From a virus (Duplodnaviria; Caudoviricetes): a DNA stretch of 52,673 nt. Below the pieces are notes generated by a model. It ran no database searches, was not told the DNA's origin, and saw only the letters and a program-made list of their open reading frames with translations. Below, piece by piece: positions 44,305 to 52,673 of this stretch. The position numbers and the translations under genes are program-made. The stretch is taken from IMG/VR virus record IMGVR_UViG_3300036715_001331, positions 1 through 52,673 of that record; one strand, 5' to 3'. The number at the start of each line of letters is the position of its first letter. Position 1 is the first letter of the stretch.

Positions 44305-45867
44305 CTACCGGCTCATCCCGGACCCGAGCAGTCCGCCCAGGCTCGCTGCACCGCCCGGCCCGGCTTGGCCCGAGGGCGCGTTGGGGTCGGGTTGCTGTCC
44401 CTGCAGGGGCCGGCCATACTGCCCACCCCAGGGCTCGTCGCCCCGCTTCACCCGGACCTCGTCGATGCTGTAGGTCTGGCTCTGGACCATGGCGGTGTCG
44501 AGCTCGAGCTGCTCTTTGTCCGACAGCCCGCTCTTGAACTTGAATTTGTACCCGCCCCCGAACCGAAGAGGGAGTACTTCGTTGTTCCAGTGGTTCTCCT
44601 CGATCTTGACCAGGGGGTAGATGCCCTTCTCTTTCTCGATCGTGGCCTGGGCCTCGCTGGTCGACCGCCCTGAGGTGTCCTCGCTGCCGGTGCTGTTGAT
44701 TTCCATGTTGGTCATGTTGAAGACCAGGGCGACGGCCTCGCGGATGTCCTTCTGGCGTTCGTTCTGGTACTGGAAGGTGTCGGCCCGGCTCAGGTCCATC
44801 ACCACCGGCGTGCCGTACCCGGAAAGCACCCGGATGGCGTTTTTCCTGGGTTCGTTGATGATGACCTCGATCCGGCTCTGGTCATCCTGCGTCAGCGGAA
44901 CCTTCAGGGCTTCCTCGCCGGTCAGGTCACCGAAGGGCGAGTCCTCGCCCATGATGACGACCTTCTCCGGGGGCCTGGTGCCGTCCGCGGCCTCGGCTGC
45001 CCTCTGGTCAAACAAAAGCGACTCGGCGACCTTGTTCACCAGGGCCTCGAGGGGGATGAGGCCGTAGGCGATCCCGGATGTCGGCATATAGGTGCTGAAG
45101 CAGACCTCGTCGCTGAAGTAGATCTGTGGGTCCATCCCGGGCAAGGCCTGGGCGAAGGCGTTGTGGGCTGAAACGAAGCGGTCGCGCAGGGGCACCACCG
45201 ACCCGCCGGGGAGCACGTAGACCGACCGGAGCAGGCCTTGCTCGTCCCGTTCCTTGTAGCCTGCGACGGCGCCGTGGACCATCAGGTCTTGGATCCGCTT
45301 CTTGGTGTAGTCCTCGAAGGTGTCCTGGGCGTTGGGCCGGTTCATCCAGTCAATGATCTGCTGGCTTTCATCGTCCTTCTGGGCCTGGATCCGGCGGTGC
45401 CACCGAAGCAGGGCTCCGTCGAAGTTGGCAAGGTCCGGCAGCACGTCGGGCAGGTAGGCCCGGACCTTTCCGAGCAGGAGCGCCCTGGTGGTGATCTCGG
45501 CGATCGTCCTCCGGCCGGCGTACTCGCTGTGGATGGCCTTGCACGACTTCAGGTAGTCGGCGATGCGGTCCTCGTCTTTGCTTTCCTTGGTCACCGTCCA
45601 CTCGAGGCCAGAGATCCGCCCAGCCCGGCCGGAGACCACTCCGAAGACGGGGTCACACCGCTGGGCGATCATGATCCGGTCGTACAGGCTCAGGCCGAAC
45701 AGCGGTTGCTCGACGGTCCCGCTGACGATGGTGCCGTCTTTGGCCCGGCCGGCGATGCCGACGATGCCGGTGGTGGTGTAGACGTTGAGCCCTCTCCGCG
45801 GTGGCTCGCCTCCGTTCTTCGGGAGGCCCATGTCCACCAGGATGTTGCTCGCTACTGCGTTGATCAT
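44305..45867 (-). CDS. Portal protein
   Basis: DLMVHG, YGLIPLE, IREAVALVFNM, SIDEVRVKRGDEP..G; follows TerL. Confidence 0.92.
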   Translation of the reverse strand: MINAVASNILVDMGLPKNGGEPPRRGLNVYTTTGIVGIAGRAKDGTIVSGTVEQPLFGLSLYDRIMIAQRCDPVFGVVSGRAGRISGLEWTVTKESKDEDRIADYLKSCKAIHSEYAGRRTIAEITTRALLLGKVRAYLPDVLPDLANFDGALLRWHRRIQAQKDDESQQIIDWMNRPNAQDTFEDYTKKRIQDLMVHGAVAGYKERDEQGLLRSVYVLPGGSVVPLRDRFVSAHNAFAQALPGMDPQIYFSDEVCFSTYMPTSGIAYGLIPLEALVNKVAESLLFDQRAAEAADGTRPPEKVVIMGEDSPFGDLTGEEALKVPLTQDDQSRIEVIINEPRKNAIRVLSGYGTPVVMDLSRADTFQYQNERQKDIREAVALVFNMTNMEINSTGSEDTSGRSTSEAQATIEKEKGIYPLVKIEENHWNNEVLPLRFGGGYKFKFKSGLSDKEQLELDTAMVQSQTYSIDEVRVKRGDEPWGGQYGRPLQGQQPDPNAPSGQAGPGGAASLGGLLGSGMSR

Positions 45868-45874
45868 CGCTTTC

Positions 45875-47446
45875 CTACCTTTGTGCCATCTGGATCAGCC
45901 TGGCGGCGATCAGGCAGTACCCTGTCGCCAGGAAGTAGTGGTCCGCCTTGCTACCCTCGACCCAGAAGTACCCGCCCTCACCGCCGTTGGCGTCGGGGTC
46001 GTACACTCTGGTCGACGCGATCATCTGGTCGTAAAACCCGGGGACGGATGGGGCGTTGGCTGGCAGGCTCAGGCCCCGGGTCATTACGGCTGCTTTGACG
46101 TTGTCCAGCGTTGCGGTTCGGTCTGTCGAGATCCGGCGGTGAGTGACCACGTCGCCCTTCCCCTTCGTGAAGAAGCAGACGAATCCTCCCGGGTGCCGGG
46201 CCACGATGGTCCGAGAAAGCCTCATCTCTGGCATCCCGTCTATCACGAAAGAGCGTACACCGTATTTCACCAAGGCGTCCAGAACCTGCTCGGGGTCGCG
46301 CACTTCGAGGATGTCCAGCACCCTGACGCCCGGCTCCCCGTACTTCAGGTGGCCGATGATGATGTTGAACGTCGCCCCGACGTCGATGCCGGCGACCGCC
46401 ACCCCGCCGTCCGGGATCTCCCCGGTGTGGTGCTGGCCGAGGGCTTCGTTCAGTGCTGCGACCGAGAGCTTGGCGCCAGGGCTGTTGTACGGCAGGCCCA
46501 GGTCGGCGTTGTAGAACCGGGCCATGAGGTCGTCGTTCCCTTCGGCCTTGCTGAACTTCTCGATGAGCTCTCGGATCTCGACGTGCGTGGTGAACAGCTT
46601 GGAGAAGTGGTAGCCCCGCTTCCCTGGCACCCCGTGGGCCTGCCACCGGCCGAGGCCCCGCCGGTCGATCTTCCGACCGCACCGGTGGCACACCAGCCTG
46701 GCGTCGCCTGGCCCCGTGGGGTCGAAGTCCGTATCGGAAACCACCCACAGGTTTTCGTCCTCCTGGCGCAGAATGTGCCGGAAGAAGTCGGGCTCGATGA
46801 ACTTCCCGCAGTCGCACTTGATCGCCCAGTGCAGCTGGTCGGTCGAGGAGAACCCGCTGTCGAAGGCGTCGCCCTCGAGCATAGGCTGGCTGATGTTGAT
46901 CTTCCGGCGGTAGGTGCTGGCCGACAGGCGTTCGTCGGTCATCAGGATGTTGACTTGGTCGCACCGGACGTACTCGTCGATGATGGCGACGTCGGCTGCA
47001 AACTCTGTGAAGCTGGCGGGGGCGTTGCTGCCGACGAAGACCGCGGTCCCTGGCCCGATCTGCTTCATGCCGACGTTGTCTGTCCGGCCTCCGGTGGCGA
47101 TCAACTTTCCGTAGTGCTTCGTGTAGACGATGGTCTTGTCGAACCGCTCGCGGACGAACCGGCCGGCCAGTTGAATCGTGGGCAGGACGTAGAACACGTT
47201 CCGGCCGGCGGAGCACTCGGTGAAAACGGTCACCAGCAGCCACTCGCTGACGCCGTTCTGCGTGCTCTTCATCACCCAGATTTCCTTGCTTTGGTCGCCG
47301 TACAGGGTGAGCATGGCTGGGTTGCTTTTCAGGTCGAGCAGGGTGCCTTTGTGGGTCCGGTGCCCGCGGAGGGCCATACCTAGGGTCGGGTGAAGCTCTT
47401 GGATGGCCTGGGCCTGCAGGTCGATCCGGGATGGCGTCACTACCAT
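45875..47446 (-). CDS. terL: Terminase large subunit (lambda gpA-like)
   Basis: VMKSTQNGVSE Walker A, AIIDEY Walker B, ISQP, CDC/CHRC zinc motif, FYNADLGLPY, AGIDVG, DH. Confidence 0.93.
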   Translation of the reverse strand: MVVTPSRIDLQAQAIQELHPTLGMALRGHRTHKGTLLDLKSNPAMLTLYGDQSKEIWVMKSTQNGVSEWLLVTVFTECSAGRNVFYVLPTIQLAGRFVRERFDKTIVYTKHYGKLIATGGRTDNVGMKQIGPGTAVFVGSNAPASFTEFAADVAIIDEYVRCDQVNILMTDERLSASTYRRKINISQPMLEGDAFDSGFSSTDQLHWAIKCDCGKFIEPDFFRHILRQEDENLWVVSDTDFDPTGPGDARLVCHRCGRKIDRRGLGRWQAHGVPGKRGYHFSKLFTTHVEIRELIEKFSKAEGNDDLMARFYNADLGLPYNSPGAKLSVAALNEALGQHHTGEIPDGGVAVAGIDVGATFNIIIGHLKYGEPGVRVLDILEVRDPEQVLDALVKYGVRSFVIDGMPEMRLSRTIVARHPGGFVCFFTKGKGDVVTHRRISTDRTATLDNVKAAVMTRGLSLPANAPSVPGFYDQMIASTRVYDPDANGGEGGYFWVEGSKADHYFLATGYCLIAARLIQMAQR

Positions 47447-47742
47447 ATGCGGATCGAGACGACCTCGGCCATGTCCAGCGTCAGGTCGCCGATGGTGGTG
47501 ACGGACGGGTGCTTTGCGGGGTGGTCAACGAAACGGTGGCCTTCCATCTGCGTCCTGAAGTCCTTTTGCGCCTGGCCGAGCACCGTGCGGACGTTGTCGC
47601 TTCGGTCGATGACCGTGCGGACCTTGGTACGCTGGCGAGTCCCGTTTCGGAAGATCACCAGGATGTGGAAGTTCAGCACCCGCGGTCGGGTGATTGGCTT
47701 GGGTGCGGGAGCCGGGGGCTTTGTCGGTTGCTGGTCGCTCAT
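47440..47742 (-). CDS. Hypothetical protein
   Basis: RBS AGGAG; fills the gap. Confidence 0.65.
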   Translation of the reverse strand: MSDQQPTKPPAPAPKPITRPRVLNFHILVIFRNGTRQRTKVRTVIDRSDNVRTVLGQAQKDFRTQMEGHRFVDHPAKHPSVTTIGDLTLDMAEVVSIRIW

Positions 47743-47763
47743 TCGGTTCTCCTGTTGGGCCGG

Positions 47764-48390
47764 TCAGAACCGGTTGCTGGTTGCGCTTGACCCGGTGGCA
47801 AAGAACCCGGCCATGACCGGTTCCCTGAATTCGTACTCGTCCAGAAGCTTGAGGGCCGCCATGGCCACCCGGTAGGTTTCTTCGTTGTGCTTCTCGGACT
47901 TCCTGAGCCCTTCCTCGCGCTGGGCGATGATCCCGCCCCCGATGTCCATCACGGCCGGCGCCCGAATGATCCGGCTCTTGGCGGCCTCGAGGATCCGTCG
48001 TTGCTGGGCGATGTTGATCTTGTTTTGCTGGTAGATCTGCTCGGCCTGCAGTCGAAACCCGTTGATGTTGGCGGCGATCGGGAGGCCGGCCTGCTGCAAC
48101 AGCAAGGCCGAGAAGTACTCGCCGAATTGCACATGGACGGCGCCTTCGATGTCGGGCTTTTCCGTCACGCCCTCCTGGTCGTAGCGCTGGCGCTTTTCCG
48201 GGTCGCTCAGGACGACGTAGGCGCCGGTGATCTCGGCCATTTCGCTTTCGCTTCCGCCTTGGTCCGGGTGCGCCTCTTTGGCCGCGATCCGGTAGGCTTT
48301 CTTGATCTCGGCCTGGTCGGCCGTCTTCTCGACACCCAGGATGTCGTACAGCGTGAGGGCCGGCAGGCCCGTGGGTTCATTCTGTTCCAT
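47764..48390 (-). CDS. J-domain (DnaJ-like) protein
   Basis: LYDILGV, EIKKAYR, HPD, AYVVLSDPEKRQRYD. Confidence 0.93.
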   Translation of the reverse strand: MEQNEPTGLPALTLYDILGVEKTADQAEIKKAYRIAAKEAHPDQGGSESEMAEITGAYVVLSDPEKRQRYDQEGVTEKPDIEGAVHVQFGEYFSALLLQQAGLPIAANINGFRLQAEQIYQQNKINIAQQRRILEAAKSRIIRAPAVMDIGGGIIAQREEGLRKSEKHNEETYRVAMAALKLLDEYEFREPVMAGFFATGSSATSNRF

Positions 48391-48820
48391 CGCCGTCTCC
48401 CCCTGCCTGAACGATTCCCGGTATGAGCTCTGTGAGCCCGGCTTTCAGGGCTTCGCGTTCCTCATCGGTCAGCTGGACGCTGCCGGTCCCGATCAGCCCG
48501 CCCAGCTGCACCCGCTGGACGCTCTTTCCGAAGTTCCACTCCAGCATCTCGCGGACGGTGTTCACCCGGCCGGTCTTGAAGTCCTCGACCAGGGCTCGGA
48601 TGTAGGCCCGAATCATCCACGGTTGCGTCTTGTCCCGCAGGATGTCCCGAAGCTCGGCCTCGGTCTTTTCCCCGATCAGGTCGAGGAAGATGGAGGCGAC
48701 GTCGCTCTTGCTCAGGTCCATTTCTTTGGCGAGGGCCTTGAGCTTGTTCGGCTTCCGGCCACCACCCTCGCGCCGGGGGTCGTACCCTTTCTGAAAGGGG
48801 ATCAGGTTCTGGTCGTTCAC
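48377..48820 (-). CDS. terS: Putative terminase small subunit
   Basis: NLIPFQKG...GGRKP N-terminus, GKSVQRV C-terminus; upstream of TerL. Confidence 0.65.
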   Translation of the reverse strand: MNDQNLIPFQKGYDPRREGGGRKPNKLKALAKEMDLSKSDVASIFLDLIGEKTEAELRDILRDKTQPWMIRAYIRALVEDFKTGRVNTVREMLEWNFGKSVQRVQLGGLIGTGSVQLTDEEREALKAGLTELIPGIVQAGGDGDGTE

Positions 48821-49104
48821 ATGAACCTCGGAGTTTGTGCCCTGCTTTCACGTTTCCAGCGTCTTGCTTTCCTGGCGAGGCGGAGGGCCATGGTTTCGAC
48901 GCGGAGCATTTGCTCGAGGTGCTGGTCGGCCTGGCCCTCGAGGGTCACGGCTCGGATCACGCCGGCTGGCTCCCTTGGCGGTTTGGGTTCTCGGATACCC
49001 TGGAGGAGGTTGATGACCTCTGCGTTTGTCCAGGTGACGTTTGGGTTGAGGGCTCCGATTTCCTCGACGGTTTGGATGGCGTGCAGGATGGAGTCGGTCT
49101 TCAT
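48817..49104 (-). CDS. Hypothetical protein
   Basis: RBS AGGAG; coupled to the TerS start. Confidence 0.55.
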   Translation of the reverse strand: MKTDSILHAIQTVEEIGALNPNVTWTNAEVINLLQGIREPKPPREPAGVIRAVTLEGQADQHLEQMLRVETMALRLARKARRWKRESRAQTPRFM

Positions 49105-49134
49105 TCCGATCTCCTGGGGGTGTGGGTGGTGGGT

Positions 49135-50031
49135 TCACTCATGCATTTTCTCCTGGTCAGAAATACCCGAAGGGGTTTCCCTTGCTGCTGTCGGACAGCT
49201 GGACTTAGGTTTGGATCCACCTGCGGACCTGGCCGGGGTGCTCACGCTTCGGGCCTTGGCAGGGCTGCCTTTCCCGGCCGGCGCCCCGGTTGAACTTAGC
49301 GCCCTTTTTCTCGCTACCTGATGCCATAGTTCTTTCCCCCTGATTTCTTTTCGGATGGTGCTGTACCGGTCCAGTATACGGTCTTGGTAGGCTTTGTTGA
49401 AGTCGTACAGCATCGGGTTCTCCTCGACCATCACCTGCTCAATGTTCCCGCTGCTTCGGAGGTTTGCGCTGCCGTGGATCACCACCTTTCGGCCGCAGTC
49501 GGTCTCAAAGATGCACGTCTTGGCGTGCGTGCCGGCGACGGCCAGCTGGAACCTGTCGCCCTGGTCCAATCGCTTGTAGATGTACGGGATCAGGTTGTGC
49601 CGTTCGTGGCTGAAGAAGTAGCTGCTGATGATGGGCGGAAGTCCTGCAGGTAGCCCTTCTCCATCATGGTGGCGAGGCTGTCGACGTTGTTCTCGCTCAT
49701 GCTCAGGGTGGACAGCGTCATCTCGGTGGCCAGGAAGTTCTTTTCCACCAGTAGGGCTTCGATGAAGTCGCCGAAGATGAAGCTGCCGGCAACGGGCGAA
49801 GGTGCGGGCGCCGAAGTCCAGGTCCACGGCTCGGGCCAGCCGGCGGGCGCCCTCGTAGGCGAGGTACTCTTCCTTCACGCTGTGGGGCAGGGGTGGGCGG
49901 ACGTATCGCGGTTCCAGGTCGGCGTCGAAGTCGGAAGGCGTGCCGAACAGCGACGGGTCGAGGTCCATGTCGACTCCGCCCAGGTCAACGTCGGGGATCT
50001 CCGGAATCTCGAGATCGTCCGGCCCGCTCAT
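49135..50031 (-). pseudogene. PLD-like nuclease-fold gene with two compensating frameshifts
   Basis: THAK...IHGSANL HKD-like motif; 49633-49794 reads as junk in the open frame but as FIFGDFIEAL...STLSMSENNVDSL in the shifted frame. Confidence 0.7.
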
Positions 50032-50177
50032 ACCGGCCTTCCCCAGATGTCGTACCAGCGGGCCTTGTAGATCTCCTCGGCCGTCGCGCCCTGGCGCACC
50101 ATTTCCTGAAGCTCGGCGAGCGTGACCTTTGGTTTTGGCTTTTCCGGTTGTTCGAACAGGTCGAGTTGGTCGTTCAC
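50028..50177 (-). CDS. 49-aa protein with QLDLF clamp-binding-like motif
   Basis: MNDQLDLFEQPEK; coupled at both ends. Confidence 0.65.
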   Translation of the reverse strand: MNDQLDLFEQPEKPKPKVTLAELQEMVRQGATAEEIYKARWYDIWGRPV

Positions 50178-50428
50178 CCGATCCTTCCTGAAGGCGCCAG
50201 CCTGGTGCCGGTGCCGTTGTACCCTTCGGTCTGGACCAGGGTGGCGGTGAACGCGATCAGGTCGATCCGAGGGTCCTTCTCCGTTAGGTCGGTGTTGGTC
50301 ATCACGTGGCGGACCACGTCGCAGAACTCGTCCATCCCGATTTCGTGGATGCCGATCCACACCTCCGGGGTTATGGGGTGCGGCTGGGTTTTGACGCTAA
50401 TGCCGGCTTTTTCGAGTACGATGCTCAC
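50174..50428 (-). CDS. Hypothetical protein
   Basis: VMTNTDL..KDPR; coupled. Confidence 0.7.
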   Translation of the reverse strand: MSIVLEKAGISVKTQPHPITPEVWIGIHEIGMDEFCDVVRHVMTNTDLTEKDPRIDLIAFTATLVQTEGYNGTGTRLAPSGRIG

Positions 50429-51030
50429 GGCGTCACCCCTGGGGTGATGGTGGCTAGGTATTCTTCGACGGTATCTGCGGTTGCGTCATCAGCTTGCCCA
50501 TCTATGTACGCCCTCCGCACCTGCTCCCGCGAGTACCATTGTGCGGTGGGGGCTTCGAGTGATTTGACGTAATTGAGCACGGCATTTTCGATAGACGCGG
50601 CGTCTTCAAGGGGGTGCCCAATACCCCATTCCACGATGCCCTTGATGTAGGCCAGTGCGTCTGTAGTCCTTTTGACAGCCGTCCAGGCTTCTACATCGAC
50701 GGTGGGGGCGGTGCGGAGGGCTTCGCTGAACCCAAAGAAGTACCCTTCTTCGAGAAGCTTCAGGGCGAACTCCCAGTCCTTGAAGTGACCCATGTCCACG
50801 TAGTCGAGCATCTCCTCGTGAGCTTGGGCCTTGATGTCGGCGTCGGTGATGACCCATTCCTGGCCGGACTGAAGATTGCTGGTCGCCCGCTCGTTGGCTG
50901 CCAGGAGGCGTTTCAGGATTGCGTTGGTGTCGTCAGGCATTTCGACCTGTCGGCCCTGGGCGTCAAACCCGACGATCCTGACGACCTCGGCAAACACGGG
51001 GGCTCGCTGGGAGGCTTCGTGTTCCATCAT
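50425..51030 (-). CDS. Hypothetical protein (possibly mosaic)
   Basis: Coupled; 3' half is more AT-rich. Confidence 0.65.
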   Translation of the reverse strand: MMEHEASQRAPVFAEVVRIVGFDAQGRQVEMPDDTNAILKRLLAANERATSNLQSGQEWVITDADIKAQAHEEMLDYVDMGHFKDWEFALKLLEEGYFFGFSEALRTAPTVDVEAWTAVKRTTDALAYIKGIVEWGIGHPLEDAASIENAVLNYVKSLEAPTAQWYSREQVRRAYIDGQADDATADTVEEYLATITPGVTP

Positions 51031-51446
51031 TTGCCTCCGGGCTGCAGGGGCTCACCCTTGATCTCGACGGAGTCGTCGGCCGGCGTCAGCACCCCGATCT
51101 TGCTTTGCTCGGGCTGGACGATTTTCCCGTCCGGTCCGATGGTGGCGGTGGCGTAGGCGTTGACCTCGGCGACGGCGTCCCCGAACCTGGCCGACATTCG
51201 TTTGTCCTTCCGAAGCAGGATCAGGATGATCGACAGGTAGAACGTGTCGTCAACAATCGCTTTGGCGGCGTCGTCCCGGTACTGGACGTATTTCCCGTAC
51301 ACGCCGAGCTTGCGCTTCATGTCGGGATTCTTGTTTGCCAGCAAAACCTGAATGCATCGCCTCTTTTCCCCGATCTCGGTGAAGACTTCACCCCGCTCCT
51401 GTGGCGTCAGCACGTCGCGCTTTTTGAACCAATCCGTGATCTTCAT
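51027..51446 (-). CDS. Hypothetical protein
   Basis: AAAGGAGG RBS before MKITDW. Confidence 0.7.
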   Translation of the reverse strand: MKITDWFKKRDVLTPQERGEVFTEIGEKRRCIQVLLANKNPDMKRKLGVYGKYVQYRDDAAKAIVDDTFYLSIILILLRKDKRMSARFGDAVAEVNAYATATIGPDGKIVQPEQSKIGVLTPADDSVEIKGEPLQPGGK

Positions 51447-51515
51447 GTGGCCCTCCTTTGGGTCTTCAAACGACAACGACCAGCCTCGCGGGCTGGCCTT
51501 GTCTCGGGTTATTTT

Positions 51516-51782
51516 TCAGTCTGTGTAGTCATCCTCGTCCGGTGGCTCCCTGTCGGCATCCCAGTTCTCGGCGCCGTACTCGTAGGCCCATTCCTCGATC
51601 GCGTCGCGCTCGCGCTCCCAGACGCCTTCGTAAACGTCGCGGACCTCGATGTCCTGGACTCTGGCGGGGTCCGGCGGGGACACGGTGGTCGGTCCGACCG
51701 GCGTCCTGTCGGCAGGGGTGTAGTCAAAGCTCACGGTCCAATCCTCGCCGTCTCGGTTGGTGTAGGTACCCGTGAGCGTCAT
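51516..51782 (-). CDS. Small acidic hypothetical protein
   Basis: TGATG-coupled; D/E-rich. Confidence 0.65.
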   Translation of the reverse strand: MTLTGTYTNRDGEDWTVSFDYTPADRTPVGPTTVSPPDPARVQDIEVRDVYEGVWERERDAIEEWAYEYGAENWDADREPPDEDDYTD

Positions 51783-51970
51783 CACCAGACCTCGGCCGAG
51801 ATGTCGGCCAGAAGGATGCAAACCGGGCAGGTTCTGGCGTCGTGCTTGCCCCTGTAAATGGGGTCCGAGGCCAGCCGGGCGCTGTGCTCCTCATGGAGGC
51901 GGGCACGAAGGCTGAACATCCGGTTGGTCATCTTGTCGATGGTGGCGATCAGTTCGGCGTTGGTCTTCAT
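51782..51970 (-). CDS. Small protein with H..TCPVC motif
   Basis: ATGA-coupled. Confidence 0.6.
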   Translation of the reverse strand: MKTNAELIATIDKMTNRMFSLRARLHEEHSARLASDPIYRGKHDARTCPVCILLADISAEVW

Positions 51971-52152
51971 GCCACAATCCCTTCCCAAACCAGAATGGTC
52001 TGCCATGCGAAGTCCCAGAAGGGGGTTTCGTAGTCGTCGGTTTCGGTCTGAAACTTGGCATACTCGGCCCGCAGTTCCGTGTCGTGCAGGTTGATCAGCT
52101 GGGCGATGGCGATCTGGTCGCGCATCTTGAGCGTCATGGTGGCGGTGCTCAT
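51967..52152 (-). CDS. Small hypothetical protein
   Basis: Coupled at both ends. Confidence 0.6.
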   Translation of the reverse strand: MSTATMTLKMRDQIAIAQLINLHDTELRAEYAKFQTETDDYETPFWDFAWQTILVWEGIVA

Positions 52153-52388
52153 CAGGGGGCCACCTGAAGGGTGATGGTACCGTACTGGTCGTTGAGCTCT
52201 TTGCGCCAGTTGAGCCGGATCATTTCGCGAACCTTTTTCTTGGCCTCGGTCAGTGTCAGCGGCCCCCGTGGCTTGAGTTCGACCCGTTCGCCGGTCATCC
52301 GCTTGAAGGTGAAAATCCAGCCACCTGTGCCTTTAGGCATCTGGCCGTGGGTTCCTTCGTATTCTGTGGTCTCGAACTTTACCGCCAT
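52152..52388 (-). CDS. Small hypothetical protein, first gene after the 52.45 kb promoter
   Basis: AAGGAGG RBS; HG..PKG.G.W.F motif. Confidence 0.7.
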   Translation of the reverse strand: MAVKFETTEYEGTHGQMPKGTGGWIFTFKRMTGERVELKPRGPLTLTEAKKKVREMIRLNWRKELNDQYGTITLQVAP

Positions 52389-52446
52389 CTTTGCGCCCCT
52401 CCTTCGGGCTGGGGCCGGGGGGCTTTTGCTCCCTCAACCTTGACCC

Positions 52447-52476
52447 ATTGTAACCCCAAAGTGGGGTATTGGTCTA
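52447..52476 (-). promoter_or_regulatory. Sigma70-like promoter with the same palindromic operator
   Basis: TAGACC-18 bp-TACAAT; ACCCCA-N3-TGGGGT at 52453-52467 abuts the -10 box exactly as at 16384-16398. Confidence 0.7.
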
Positions 52477-52488
52477 GCACTTTTGCAA

Positions 52489-52673
52489 TCAACCCGACCG
52501 ATTTCCTGCAATTTGAACCGGTTCCTCGGGCTGGTCAAACAGCGTCAGCTGGTCCTCCGGCGCCTGCTGACGGACGGCGTCGACCCGCTCAAACTTCGAC
52601 CCGTTCCGGCGGTACAGCTTTTCTCCCTGGCGAATCCGGATCACGTCGTACTCGTCCTCGGGACCGATGACCA
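52489..52673 (-). CDS. 64-aa junction-spanning protein (starts at GTG 137) with QLTLF motif
   Basis: MITLVIGPEDEYDVIRIRQGEKLYRRNGSKFERVDAVRQQAPEDQLTLFDQPEEPVQIAGNRSG; GTG overlaps the methyltransferase TGA. Confidence 0.7.
   Translation of the reverse strand, partial: VIGPEDEYDVIRIRQGEKLYRRNGSKFERVDAVRQQAPEDQLTLFDQPEEPVQIAGNRSG
52547..52673. repeat. Exact terminal direct repeat (copy 2)
   Basis: Identical to 1-127. Confidence 0.95.

Noticed and set aside
49206-49328. Overlapping small ORF beginning MASGSEKKG at the end of the PLD-like gene
   Set aside because: Possible, but I cannot tell which frame is real without homologues

Overview
The window is an apparently complete, circularly permuted dsDNA phage genome of about 52,546 bp. 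Bases 1-127 are repeated exactly at 52547-52673, and an ORF reads across the join. All credible genes lie on the minus strand, and many are translationally coupled by ATGA/GTGA overlaps. Minus-strand order: promoter near 52450; small unknown genes; PLD-like gene; TerS; J-domain protein; gpA-like TerL; portal; MuF-pyrophosphatase fusion; prohead protease; scaffold; major capsid; neck; contractile tail (sheath, tube, frameshifted chaperone, short tape measure, baseplate, fibre); an unusual lysis region; terminator; second promoter near 16400; early small genes; ERF/YqaJ/NinB recombination; lambda O/P-like replication with an internal iteron origin; split C5 methyltransferase; RuvC; and a ParB-N6/N4 methyltransferase with an intein. 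I saw no integrase, clear CI repressor, polymerase, tRNA or CRISPR array. The most interesting signals are: (1) a lysis cassette with a class-3 lipase, a papain-like candidate endolysin, a DUF6527-like zinc protein and a nested lipobox-free spanin-like pair; (2) a recurring [ILV]xK|[ASG] motif that brackets cargo domains in head proteins; (3) an overprinted two-frame C5 methyltransferase gated by a G8 tract and a 6-bp duplication that puts TGA just before the catalytic Cys; (4) a shared palindromic operator in the two main promoters; (5) a G-U-rich RNA stem upstream of the replication operon. Family calls come from motif recognition only; no searches were run. A spirochaete host is a tentative inference.
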